Below are positions 1 through 7,147 of a stretch of 40,298 nucleotides of DNA, in pieces (the first letter of the stretch is position 1; every line of letters begins with the position of its first letter). Below the pieces are notes generated by a model. That model made no database searches. It saw only the letters and a list, made by a program, of their open reading frames with translations, and was not told the DNA's origin. The stretch is from a virus. Its lineage: Duplodnaviria; Caudoviricetes. A program made the translations under genes and the position numbers. The DNA is taken from the IMG/VR virus record IMGVR_UViG_3300017700_000514, positions 1-40,298 of that record; one strand, given 5' to 3'.

Positions 1-123
1 CCCAGCGTGGCAAATACTTCTGGCTTCCGCAGGTGTCGCATTCGGCCCAGCCATAAGGGAATACGTGACCGTTGCTGCACACAAGGCGGGGCTTCACATA
101 GCTGCCCAATTCCAGCTTTGGCG
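1..123. repeat. Terminal direct repeat, left copy (probably circular assembly overlap)
   Basis: 1-123 (cccagcgtgg...gctttggcg) is identical to 40176-40298. Confidence 0.95.
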
Positions 124-604
124 CGCCGTGCGTCATCCACAGCCCGGTCCCCTTGCTTGCGTCGTCGCCAAAGTCGAACGGGTTAATTACCTGATCCGGG
201 GGGCGGATTGCCGTATTGATAAATGAAGTTGCCGGGTTCTCTTTCACGTTCGGGAATGGCAGCGCGTCCAGCCTGCGAAAGTTATCCAGCTCAATCTCCC
301 GCTGCGCCCGCCGGGCTGCGCCGGTCAGTGTTGCGGCCTTCACGCGCTGGTGATAGCCGACGCCAGGGTAACGATCAAAATCAGGATCAAGGAACGCCCA
401 CGCGCCGGAAGTGGTGAGGACCGTACACATGGGATGGAAGATGCCGAAGTCCCAGCCCCCCATTGCGATGGCCTCCCAAATATCCATCTGGAAATGCTTG
501 CCTTCGGCGGGCAACAAGTCGCACGTCCACACGTCATGCCCGTGCGCCTCAAACGCGGCCTGGGTGAGCTTGCACCGCGTGTAACCCAGCAGCACCTTAG
601 CCAC
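1..604 (-). CDS. Phage DNA cytosine methyltransferase-like protein, 5' part (continues across the junction to 40027; about 250 aa in total)
   Basis: Manual translation from GTG at 604: MAKVLLGYTRCKLTQAAFEAHGHDVWTCDLLP...WDFGIFHPMCTVL...KENP...KGTGLW..., in frame with the 40027..40284 ORF. GHD-W-CDLLP, HPxC and ENP match the small phage C5-MTase-like family. Absent from the ORF track because it runs off the contig end. Confidence 0.8.
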   Translation of the reverse strand, partial: MAKVLLGYTRCKLTQAAFEAHGHDVWTCDLLPAEGKHFQMDIWEAIAMGGWDFGIFHPMCTVLTTSGAWAFLDPDFDRYPGVGYHQRVKAATLTGAARRAQREIELDNFRRLDALPFPNVKENPATSFINTAIRPPDQVINPFDFGDDASKGTGLWMTHGAPKLELGSYVKPRLVCSNGHVFPYGWAECDTCGSQKYLPRW

Positions 605-1079
605 AGGATTCCCCCACACCGTCTGCGGCTTGCTGGAGGGCGGTGGCCGATTCAAGGGATGAGCATGTTTCGCAGTTGTCCGGCCAGTCAGATTTAGGGA
701 TTAGTTCACCGCAGCCGAGGCAATAAACCAATTCCTTCGCCCGGACTATTCGCTCCAGCTCTGAATCAATCTGATCGTCAAGCTTTCCTGGCGCCCAAGA
801 TTCACCGTTTATATAGACCTCAACAGAGGCGGCAGGAGCGGCATGGGTGCCGTTGTTTTCACGGAGAAGCCGATACCGCGCCGCATCCTTGGCATCCCCA
901 TCTGCGATCAGAGGGGTGGCAAGGCATTTGTCGATCCGCGCCAGATCGGTTTCGAGCATCTCAATATTGGAGCAATGCTCGTAACCTTTGAATTTCTCAC
1001 GCTCATCGTTGAGTGCCGCAGCAACGTAGTCACGCATTTCGGCCAGCAAGGTGATGGCACTCTCAGGCACCCCGTTCAC
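597..1079 (-). CDS. Hypothetical early protein (DAARYR-type module plus C-terminal CxxC...CxxC)
   Basis: 160-aa ORF overlapping both neighbours; AKDAARYRLLR motif common in phage accessory proteins; CLGCG...CETC. Confidence 0.75.
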   Translation of the reverse strand: MNGVPESAITLLAEMRDYVAAALNDEREKFKGYEHCSNIEMLETDLARIDKCLATPLIADGDAKDAARYRLLRENNGTHAAPAASVEVYINGESWAPGKLDDQIDSELERIVRAKELVYCLGCGELIPKSDWPDNCETCSSLESATALQQAADGVGESCG

Positions 1080-1438
1080 TTCGACTCTCCTGGGGTGGGT
1101 GGGAACTTGGCGAGGGCTGCGGTCAACCTTTGACGTAACGCAAAACCAATATCTTTTCGCTCAACGGTGTAACGCGCCGCCTCGATCAACTCCACCACCT
1201 CCCCACTCAGCGGGGCGCGGGGCGGCGGGGCGGTGAGGTAGTGGCAGAGAACGTGTAGGTTGGCCGGAGAGCAAAGCGCGATCAGCTCAGCATCAGCGCG
1301 TGGCAGGTTGTTTGCCACATTCAGCGTAAGTGCGTCGTACCACTCATCCCCGCCAATCTCTTCGCTACGGCGAGCAACAGCCTCGATGGCTGCGTTGAAC
1401 TTAGCCAACAGCTCCAAAACCCCGGGGGGCGTGTTCAT
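1076..1438 (-). CDS. Hypothetical early protein (Ead/Ea22-like ADAELIAL segment)
   Basis: 120 aa; GGAG RBS; ATGA coupling; ADAELIALCSPAN resembles Ead/Ea22-family motifs. Confidence 0.7.
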   Translation of the reverse strand: MNTPPGVLELLAKFNAAIEAVARRSEEIGGDEWYDALTLNVANNLPRADAELIALCSPANLHVLCHYLTAPPPRAPLSGEVVELIEAARYTVERKDIGFALRQRLTAALAKFPPTPGESK

Positions 1439-1732
1439 GCGGTCTTCTCCAGTTCGGCTAAGAGGGCGTCGGCGTGTTCAACTGCCCACTTCGGATATTT
1501 GGAAAGGTCATCCCACCCAAGCCGTTTCATATCGTTGGAAAGTGAGGCGTTCGACAGAATTGCTTGCATCGCCAACCCAGCGTAGTGGTGGCGCAGGGTG
1601 ATGCCGGTCGGGCCAGAAGAACCAAGTGACGCCTTAGTTGTGTACCCATACACCGGGTGATCCACAAGCTCATCTGCGGCTGACGGATAAACCGGGCTTT
1701 CGCCAAGCTTCGTGTTCATGCGGTCTTCTCCA
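1430..1732. repeat. 22-bp direct repeat pair CGTGTTCATGCGGTCTTCTCCA (1430-1451, 1711-1732)
   Basis: Exact match read directly; on the coding strand each copy contains RBS + stop/start (TGGAGAAGACCGCATGAACACG). Confidence 0.9.
1435..1719 (-). CDS. Conserved phage hypothetical protein (GxTLRxxxAxxAMQ...ADALL family)
   Basis: 94 aa from MNTKLG; GITLRHHYAGLAMQAIL...AVEHADALLAEL. Confidence 0.8.
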   Translation of the reverse strand: MNTKLGESPVYPSAADELVDHPVYGYTTKASLGSSGPTGITLRHHYAGLAMQAILSNASLSNDMKRLGWDDLSKYPKWAVEHADALLAELEKTA

Positions 1733-2003
1733 AAAATGTGCAATCAGAAATATCCACGTTACGAACCCATGGCGCTACGGCGATAGCTGGCTCATCAGGG
1801 CTTATATAGAACGTGTTCGCTTCAATTTGTATTCCGTCTATCGTCACCGTCATTTGAGCCTTGCCGTTCGGCTGCATGAATTTTGAAACGAAGTTAGCAG
1901 TCGCATTAACATCCACCGCGTTGAGCTTGATGAGAATCCATCTGCGTATGCGCTGGCGAATTGTGCGATTGGGGCGCCACGTTCCATTAATAAGCGTGGT
2001 CAT
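1716..2003 (-). CDS. Hypothetical protein
   Basis: 95-aa ORF in the coupled leftward operon; AGGAG RBS. Confidence 0.7.
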   Translation of the reverse strand: MTTLINGTWRPNRTIRQRIRRWILIKLNAVDVNATANFVSKFMQPNGKAQMTVTIDGIQIEANTFYISPDEPAIAVAPWVRNVDISDCTFLEKTA

Positions 2004-2379
2004 GCGGGGGTTCCTTGGCAGCGGGCGAGGATGGCAACGGACGCCAATCGCCGTCTTCTTTGTTGCCGAAGCTAAGGCCAGGGTGATAGGTCAATTCAAC
2101 GGTGTACCTATCTTCGCTACGCCCAGCCTGTACCCATGCAAGCGGATGGCAAACCTCACCGAACTCGCGCTTTCCTACCATGCGATACAGCATCGGTGTG
2201 ACGCCATCGTCGTGCAAACCGTTGTATTCGATGTTGTCGCCCTTGTAGAGAAAAAAGCAGCGCTCGCCGATCTTCACGCCAAGTTCGCCAATGTCGTTGA
2301 CGATCCATTGCGGCTCAACATCAGCCCCGCGATCCCCCACCGTGAAGTCAGCGCCTTGGGGGTGGATGGTTTTGTTCAT
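1987..2379 (-). CDS. Hypothetical protein
   Basis: 130-aa ORF, ATGA-coupled to the upstream gene. Confidence 0.75.
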   Translation of the reverse strand: MNKTIHPQGADFTVGDRGADVEPQWIVNDIGELGVKIGERCFFLYKGDNIEYNGLHDDGVTPMLYRMVGKREFGEVCHPLAWVQAGRSEDRYTVELTYHPGLSFGNKEDGDWRPLPSSPAAKEPPHDHAY

Positions 2380-2690
2380 GCTGCTAGTAATCCAAGTTGT
2401 ACAACGTGGTCAGGACCCCACCAGGTGACTGCAGGGCGGCCGCTGATTGAGCAACGACGCATATCCCCGCGTTTCACGGTTCCTTTGCGCTCGCATTCGC
2501 TCAGACGGCGCGCGAGGACGTAGCGGTCCATGGTCGATTTGCTGGACAGTTCCAGGCTGGTCAGGCCGGGATAGCTGCGAACTGCGGTTGCGGTCATTGC
2601 CTGCTGTGCGGCCTGCAAACCCGACATGGCGATGTCCTCAGCAGCGATGTGAGATGAGAGTGGATCTGTGGATCGTGCGGGCAGATACAT
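2376..2690 (-). CDS. Winged-helix DNA-binding protein (ARxTDPxxSHxAA family)
   Basis: ARSTDPLSSHIAA N-terminus; GLTSLELS...ARRLSECERKGTV wHTH pattern; GGAG RBS. Confidence 0.75.
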   Translation of the reverse strand: MYLPARSTDPLSSHIAAEDIAMSGLQAAQQAMTATAVRSYPGLTSLELSSKSTMDRYVLARRLSECERKGTVKRGDMRRCSISGRPAVTWWGPDHVVQLGLLAA

Positions 2691-2770
2691 CACGTTCTCC
2701 GGTTAAAGGTGGCGCCAGCCAGGTTCCTGCGCAGGGGAGTTACAGGTGCGTCCTGGCGGGCGCCGGTGAG

Positions 2771-3445
2771 CTAAATCGATACGGTTGCGTCATCGAGCAC
2801 GTCTGCCAGTGCAGGTGCCGGTGTCTTGTAGGTGTTTTTGCTGTTGCCGATGATTTCCATCCAGGCAGCGACCTTGGTTTCCAGCAAGGTCACGCGCTCT
2901 TCCATTTGCTCGGCGTGCTCGGGCAGCAGTTCGCACGGCAGGATCAGGCCGCCGGGTTGCGGGTGGTACATGGCGAAGTCTTGCCATTCCAGTTGGCCAA
3001 CCCACATGCCCCAGCGCGTCTGCCAGCGGTATTCGGCCGGCACCAACTGCTGTTTCATGCAAGACATCCATGCCTTGTGCAGCGGACACTTGATTTCGAC
3101 CGCGCCATCACCGACCAAGCCATCGGGAGACCAGCCCACCGTCGGCAGCGTGGCGTGCACCACGAACCCGACCTGTTCTATGGCGACCTCCTGATCCTGT
3201 TCGTACCAGCGACGTGCCTCGGCCTCCATGACCGTGCCGCGCTCCATTGCATCGGACTGAAAGCCGTTGTCGATCGGTCCGAACACGCGCTCCCATGCGA
3301 TATCCTGGATAAGCGAGGACAGGCCGCTGGTATCCAAACCGCCCATGATCGTGGCGGCCTTGGATGCGCTCCACTTGCCCGCCTTGATGGCGTGCCACTC
3401 CGGGGAGTGCTGCTGGAACTCGCGATGGATGATTGGAGCGTCCAT
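2771..3445 (-). CDS. YqaJ/lambda-exonuclease family protein
   Basis: QHSPEWHAIK, MERGTVMEAEAR, GWSPDGLV, VEIKCP, YRWQ motifs. Confidence 0.9.
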   Translation of the reverse strand: MDAPIIHREFQQHSPEWHAIKAGKWSASKAATIMGGLDTSGLSSLIQDIAWERVFGPIDNGFQSDAMERGTVMEAEARRWYEQDQEVAIEQVGFVVHATLPTVGWSPDGLVGDGAVEIKCPLHKAWMSCMKQQLVPAEYRWQTRWGMWVGQLEWQDFAMYHPQPGGLILPCELLPEHAEQMEERVTLLETKVAAWMEIIGNSKNTYKTPAPALADVLDDATVSI

Positions 3446-4098
3446 CAGAACGGAATGTCGTCGTCGACGAAATCGTTGTTCGCCGGCTGGCCCTGCGCCG
3501 CCTTCTGCACGCGAGCCGTTGCCGGAGTCCCGCTCCGAAGTGGCTTGATCTTGTTGCGCTCAAACCATTCCAGATAGCGGTCCAGCGCCTTGGCCACTTC
3601 GGACTGCCCCAGCACTTCATCGGCCATGCGGCGCGATTCGGCATCGAACGGGGCGCCGATGATCATCCGCGTCTTGATTTCTCCGCGGTTGTTCTCGTAT
3701 TCCTCGCCCTGCAGAACCAGGCCAATCCGTGGCCCGATCAGTGCAGGGTAGATTTCCTTGGACTTGACCACATCGGCCTGCTGATCGAAGTCGTACAGGG
3801 TCACATTGCCTTGCTTGCTTTCCAACTTGCGCAGGCGCATGCAAGCCATGATCGCGTTCAAGGTCTTGTACGAGGGCAACGGCTCGCCCTTGCCGTTGTG
3901 GGTATACAGCGAAAGAGGGCCAACCTCCTGGCTGGAGTCGGAAACGAAGATCAGGTTCACCGACTCGGTGCCGCGCTCGTTCTTTTCGTAGAACGCGGCG
4001 CGGAACTTGCCGGTGTACAGGCCCGGCTCGGTGATGCGCTTGCCGCCGGAGTTGGAATCTTTTGCGGCGGTGGTATCCAGATCAAAATTGCGGCTCAT
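3445..4098 (-). CDS. Phage single-stranded DNA-binding protein (Sak4-associated type)
   Basis: Acidic SSB tail DDDIPF; lies between the Sak4-like ATPase and the exonuclease. Confidence 0.75.
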   Translation of the reverse strand: MSRNFDLDTTAAKDSNSGGKRITEPGLYTGKFRAAFYEKNERGTESVNLIFVSDSSQEVGPLSLYTHNGKGEPLPSYKTLNAIMACMRLRKLESKQGNVTLYDFDQQADVVKSKEIYPALIGPRIGLVLQGEEYENNRGEIKTRMIIGAPFDAESRRMADEVLGQSEVAKALDRYLEWFERNKIKPLRSGTPATARVQKAAQGQPANNDFVDDDIPF

Positions 4099-4100
4099 GG

Positions 4101-4775
4101 TCAGGCGGCCTTGTCGGTTGCGAGGGGAAGGGATTCGATTTCATAGAACTCGCAGATGCGCTCGTCCACGATTTTCAGATCGTTGGGAATGCGCTCTTCA
4201 TCGAAGAGGCCCATGGGGGTTTTCACGGTGTCCAGCCCGTTGTTCCGCGTGCTGAACTCATGGCGCCCGTCGGTGACGATGGCGCGCAGGACGATGGAGA
4301 CCAGTCCTTCCAGGACGATCTTCTCGTCCAGCATCTTGCCGATGGTCTTCATCTTGACCGTGCCCGAATCGTCTTCTTGGGAGTGCGAGAGCATGTAGAT
4401 GCGCACGTCGTCAGGCAGCGCGGAGAGCATCGTGAAGACCTCCCAGCCGTGCTTGGCGATGTCGGTGAACTTGTCGAACCCGCGTTCGTCGCTGCGGCGC
4501 ATCAGCTCATTGGCCAGCACGTACTGGAAGTCATCGATTACCACGACCTTGCGGCTGGTCTTGTTGGCGAGCTTGATGATGGTCTCGGCGTGGTCGGTGA
4601 CGAAAATGTTGCCGTTCGGGCACTTCTCACGGTCGAAATACTTCCAGCCCTTGCCCTGGAAGGGCAGCGGCTTGCGCACGACCTGGATCAGCAGCGTGTT
4701 GGCTGGATCCATGTTGCGCAGGCTGGCGCTTTTCCCGGCGCCGGACTTGCCGAGGATCAGTGTTGCGGTACTCAT
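4101..4775 (-). CDS. Sak4-like AAA ATPase / single-strand annealing recombinase
   Basis: Walker A GKSGAGKS, Walker B VVIDDFQY, KMKTIGKMLDEK, TVKTPMGLF. Confidence 0.88.
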   Translation of the reverse strand: MSTATLILGKSGAGKSASLRNMDPANTLLIQVVRKPLPFQGKGWKYFDREKCPNGNIFVTDHAETIIKLANKTSRKVVVIDDFQYVLANELMRRSDERGFDKFTDIAKHGWEVFTMLSALPDDVRIYMLSHSQEDDSGTVKMKTIGKMLDEKIVLEGLVSIVLRAIVTDGRHEFSTRNNGLDTVKTPMGLFDEERIPNDLKIVDERICEFYEIESLPLATDKAA

Positions 4776-4960
4776 TGGGTGGTCTCCTGTTGAAGTGCTT
4801 CGGTTGCTTCGCTATCGCTTGGCGGTGGAAACGGCGGGCGATATCCGCCGCGCGTCAGTTCGGACTGGCGAAAGGTGGCGAGGCGGATTGCCTCGCTGGG
4901 TATGTAGTCGGGCCGAAGCTCGTGCGGATTGGGACGCTCGATCACGGTCAGCCCCTCCAT
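4772..4960 (-). CDS. Hypothetical protein (start uncertain)
   Basis: Fills the gap in the coupled operon; stop overlaps the Sak4 start. Confidence 0.5.
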   Translation of the reverse strand: MEGLTVIERPNPHELRPDYIPSEAIRLATFRQSELTRGGYRPPFPPPSDSEATEALQQETTQ

Positions 4961-5160
4961 GCCGAGCACGCGGAGTAGAGCGACTCAGCGGCGTTCACAG
5001 GCTCTATGGCGAAGGCAAGAGCAAGTAGCGGGACGCCGACAATCGCGTAGCACGCGCACATCGCGGCCAGGTCCCACGGACCACGCACGCTGCAGTGCTT
5101 GAATGCGGCATCCCAGAACGCGCGCGACAGCTCGCTGCGCCAATCGTCGTGGCGGCTCAT
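4948..5160 (-). CDS. Small membrane protein
   Basis: 70 aa from MSRHDDW; hydrophobic AIVGVPLLALAFAI segment; ATGA coupling. Confidence 0.65.
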   Translation of the reverse strand: MSRHDDWRSELSRAFWDAAFKHCSVRGPWDLAAMCACYAIVGVPLLALAFAIEPVNAAESLYSACSAWRG

Positions 5161-5402
5161 GCTGCGATGCTCCGCAGCCAAGCAACCGTCTCGGCGCTCA
5201 GGTCATAGGGCGTGTCGCTCGGCAAGTCCACCGGCTTCCGCATGCGCTGCAGGGCTGCGCGATAGGCCTTGCGACGAAGCTCCCAGGCTGGGCCTACCTG
5301 CGTACCCTTGAGCATCGACTGGCGCGTCTGCTGCAGCACGACAAGAGGGTCGTAGCCATCGGCGTAGAGCGCGAAGCCCAAGGATTGGCTGATGGCGTTC
5401 AT
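5157..5402 (-). CDS. Hypothetical protein
   Basis: 81-aa ORF, ATGA-coupled on both sides. Confidence 0.7.
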   Translation of the reverse strand: MNAISQSLGFALYADGYDPLVVLQQTRQSMLKGTQVGPAWELRRKAYRAALQRMRKPVDLPSDTPYDLSAETVAWLRSIAA

Positions 5403-5689
5403 GCCGCCGCCGCTTCTAGCAGCTTGTCCAGCAATTCCTTGAACTCGGATTCGCAGGGCTGATGTTCATCGGTGATTGGCTCCCAAAGATAGAGCCTGCT
5501 GCTGCAGTCTTTGCCATCACTGCTGATGGTGCAGTCGCTGTCCGCGGCAAAAAACTTCCCGTCCCACGAAAGGTCTCCCTTTCGGAAACTACCGATAGAA
5601 GTTATTCGCCCTTCGCGCCCAATGCCCAGTGGTGGAGAATGTTCAGAACGCACCTTCTTGACGCGCTGCCCAACAAAGAACCGGCTCAC
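5399..5689 (-). CDS. Hypothetical protein (SH3/KOW-like FxVGQRV start)
   Basis: 96 aa; MSRFFVGQRVKKV; GTGA coupling. Confidence 0.7.
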   Translation of the reverse strand: MSRFFVGQRVKKVRSEHSPPLGIGREGRITSIGSFRKGDLSWDGKFFAADSDCTISSDGKDCSSRLYLWEPITDEHQPCESEFKELLDKLLEAAAA

Positions 5690-5829
5690 GCTGACACCCG
5701 GCGGTGGAAGTAGCGAACCGCGCCGTAGGCGTTGTCACGGCGGTCCACTGCGCGCAAGGCACCACTCAGCGTCTTGGCGTGGGCTACGACCTTTCCAGTG
5801 CGGCGATCGACAATCTCGTAGTTGTTCAC
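5686..5829 (-). CDS. 47-aa first gene of the PL operon (not in ORF track)
   Basis: GTG start with AGGGG RBS: MNNYEIVDRRTGKVVAHAKTLSGALRAVDRRDNAYGAVRYFHRRVSA; stop overlaps the next start. Confidence 0.7.
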   Translation of the reverse strand: MNNYEIVDRRTGKVVAHAKTLSGALRAVDRRDNAYGAVRYFHRRVSA

Positions 5830-5870
5830 TTAGCACCCCTGCTAGGCCCGGAACTCCCGGGGACAGGGGT

Positions 5871-5935
5871 AGACTATGCGCAGCGCGTAGTATGTGTCAA
5901 TGCGTAATGCGTAGTTTACTCGCCGATACGCATAG
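5871..5935 (-). promoter_or_regulatory. PL promoter with three 17-bp operators (OL)
   Basis: Minus-strand TTGACA (5895-5900), 18 bp, TAGTCT (5871-5876). Operators CTATGCGcagCGCGTAG 5874-5890, CAATGCGtaaTGCGTAG 5898-5914, CTCGCCGataCGCATAG 5919-5935. Confidence 0.8.
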
Positions 5936-5977
5936 AATCCGACGAGCGGTAGTTATCCACAGGGAGAAAAATCGGAA

Positions 5978-6202
5978 TTACCTTCGGCGGTCGGGCCGCG
6001 ATTCCTCGAACTGATCGCCCGGATTTGGTTCAGATTGCGGCTGCAGTTGGTAGGCGCCGGCATAGTTGCTGGCAATCATGTGGATAGCACCAAACGCATT
6101 GAGCAGGCAGCAGGCAACCAGGAAATTGCGGGTTAACTTTTCGTCTGCCCGCCATGCTGCAAAGCCGAGGCCGATTGCGAGCAGGACGAGAACGAAGGCC
6201 AT
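5978..6202 (-). CDS. Small two-TM membrane protein in the cI operon
   Basis: 74 aa; two hydrophobic segments; downstream of cI on the same strand. Confidence 0.7.
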   Translation of the reverse strand: MAFVLVLLAIGLGFAAWRADEKLTRNFLVACCLLNAFGAIHMIASNYAGAYQLQPQSEPNPGDQFEESRPDRRR

Positions 6203-6204
6203 GA

Positions 6205-6423
6205 CTATCGCGTGGTCGGATAGTTGGGATCGTACTTACACAACTTCGCACGCTGGCCTTTGCCACAGATGACTTCCAGGCGCCATTCCGCCATGCCAAC
6301 ACGCTCTTCAAGCGCGTGGGCCGCCTTCTGCGCGCTGTAGGATGCCACTAGGAAATAGGCGTTTAATGCCATTAAAACCAGCACCAGCGCCCACAATGCG
6401 TGTGTTCCTTTTTGCATCGTCAA
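6205..6423 (-). CDS. Small single-TM membrane protein in the cI operon
   Basis: 72 aa; ALWALVLVLMALNAYFLV; start overlaps the cI stop. Confidence 0.7.
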   Translation of the reverse strand: MTMQKGTHALWALVLVLMALNAYFLVASYSAQKAAHALEERVGMAEWRLEVICGKGQRAKLCKYDPNYPTTR

Positions 6424-6749
6424 AGGCCCTTCATGGAGCGAACAAACACCAGCAATGCCTCCCGCTGCTGCTCGCTCAGTCCTTTCATCTCGCGAACGAC
6501 CATTGAATCCAGCGGTCCTTCGGCTATCTCTATCTCACTCCCTGTCATGGAATTCATATCGGTTTGCAACACGTCGCACAACGCTTTCAGGTGTTCCATG
6601 TTGCGCACCCCTCGGCTCCCATTGAACCATCCATACACAGTGGACTCGGCGACCTGAACCCCACGGAGCGAAAGTGCGGCGTGGACCTGGGGAACGGTGA
6701 GATCGAGACGTTCTCTCAGGTTGTTGAGATTATGTGATATCTGGCTCAT
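6420..6749 (-). CDS. cI: CI-like repressor (XRE HTH, 109 aa, no S24 peptidase domain)
   Basis: LNNLRERLDLTVPQVHAAL...VAESTVYGWFNGSR HTH; divergent from the cro-like gene across the operator array. ATG at 6749 preferred over the track's 7013 start. Confidence 0.85.
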   Translation of the reverse strand: MSQISHNLNNLRERLDLTVPQVHAALSLRGVQVAESTVYGWFNGSRGVRNMEHLKALCDVLQTDMNSMTGSEIEIAEGPLDSMVVREMKGLSEQQREALLVFVRSMKGL

Positions 6750-6774
6750 TGGGTGAGACCTGGCGGGGGAATCC

Positions 6775-6842
6775 AGCCTATCGACCCCTCTTGCATAGTG
6801 GCTACGCGTGGCGCATAGTCCGCACCTACGCATAGCGCAGAG
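6775..6842. promoter_or_regulatory. OR region: PR, putative PRM and 17-bp operators
   Basis: Operators CTACGCGtggCGCATAG 6802-6818, CTACGCAtagCGCAGAG 6826-6842, weaker 6782-6798. PR TTGCAT (6791-6796), 17 bp, CATAGT (6814-6819). Possible minus-strand PRM TAGCCA, 18 bp, TAGGCT. Confidence 0.75.
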
Positions 6843-6850
6843 TGCCGCCA

Positions 6851-7066
6851 ATGGATGCCAGAGCCGTCTGGGACAACTACGTAGAACGCAACGGCGGTGC
6901 CCCTGGGGTCGCTGTCCGGTTGGACGTTCCCTATTCGACCATCGCCGGGATCTGCAACGGCAGCCGCGGCATTGGCAAAAATTTGGCCAAGCGCATGGCA
7001 AGCAAGGACCCATTGCTGGACGAGAACGTCCTGATCTGGGTTACGGCTGAAAAGAAGACCGCTTAA
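6851..7066 (+). CDS. cro: Cro-like repressor
   Basis: 71 aa; GGAPGVAVRLDVPYSTIAGICNGSRGIG HTH; first gene of the rightward operon. Confidence 0.85.
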   Translation: MDARAVWDNYVERNGGAPGVAVRLDVPYSTIAGICNGSRGIGKNLAKRMASKDPLLDENVLIWVTAEKKTA

Positions 7067-7072
7067 CAAAAT

Positions 7073-7102
7073 GGCTGCCTTGCAAAAGGTGGCCTTTTAT
7101 TT
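7073..7102 (+). terminator. tR1-like intrinsic terminator
   Basis: GGCTGCCTT-GCAA-AAGGTGGCC stem followed by TTTTATTT. Confidence 0.7.
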
Positions 7103-7147
7103 CGCCTGAAAGACGACCTTCCACGCTATTCCATTCGGTAGAAAGAC

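Noticed and set aside
2447-3577. 376-aa plus-strand ORF over the exonuclease
   Set aside because: Opposite to the coupled leftward operon; Arg/Gly-rich shadow.
5835-5870. RBS-sequestering hairpin ACCCCTG/CAGGGGT in the PL leader
   Set aside because: The 5' arm probably lies at or upstream of the predicted PL start (~5864), so it may not be transcribed.
6750-7013. N-terminal extension of cI given in the ORF track (197 aa)
   Set aside because: It would overlap the operators and cro; the HTH begins right after the ATG at 6749.
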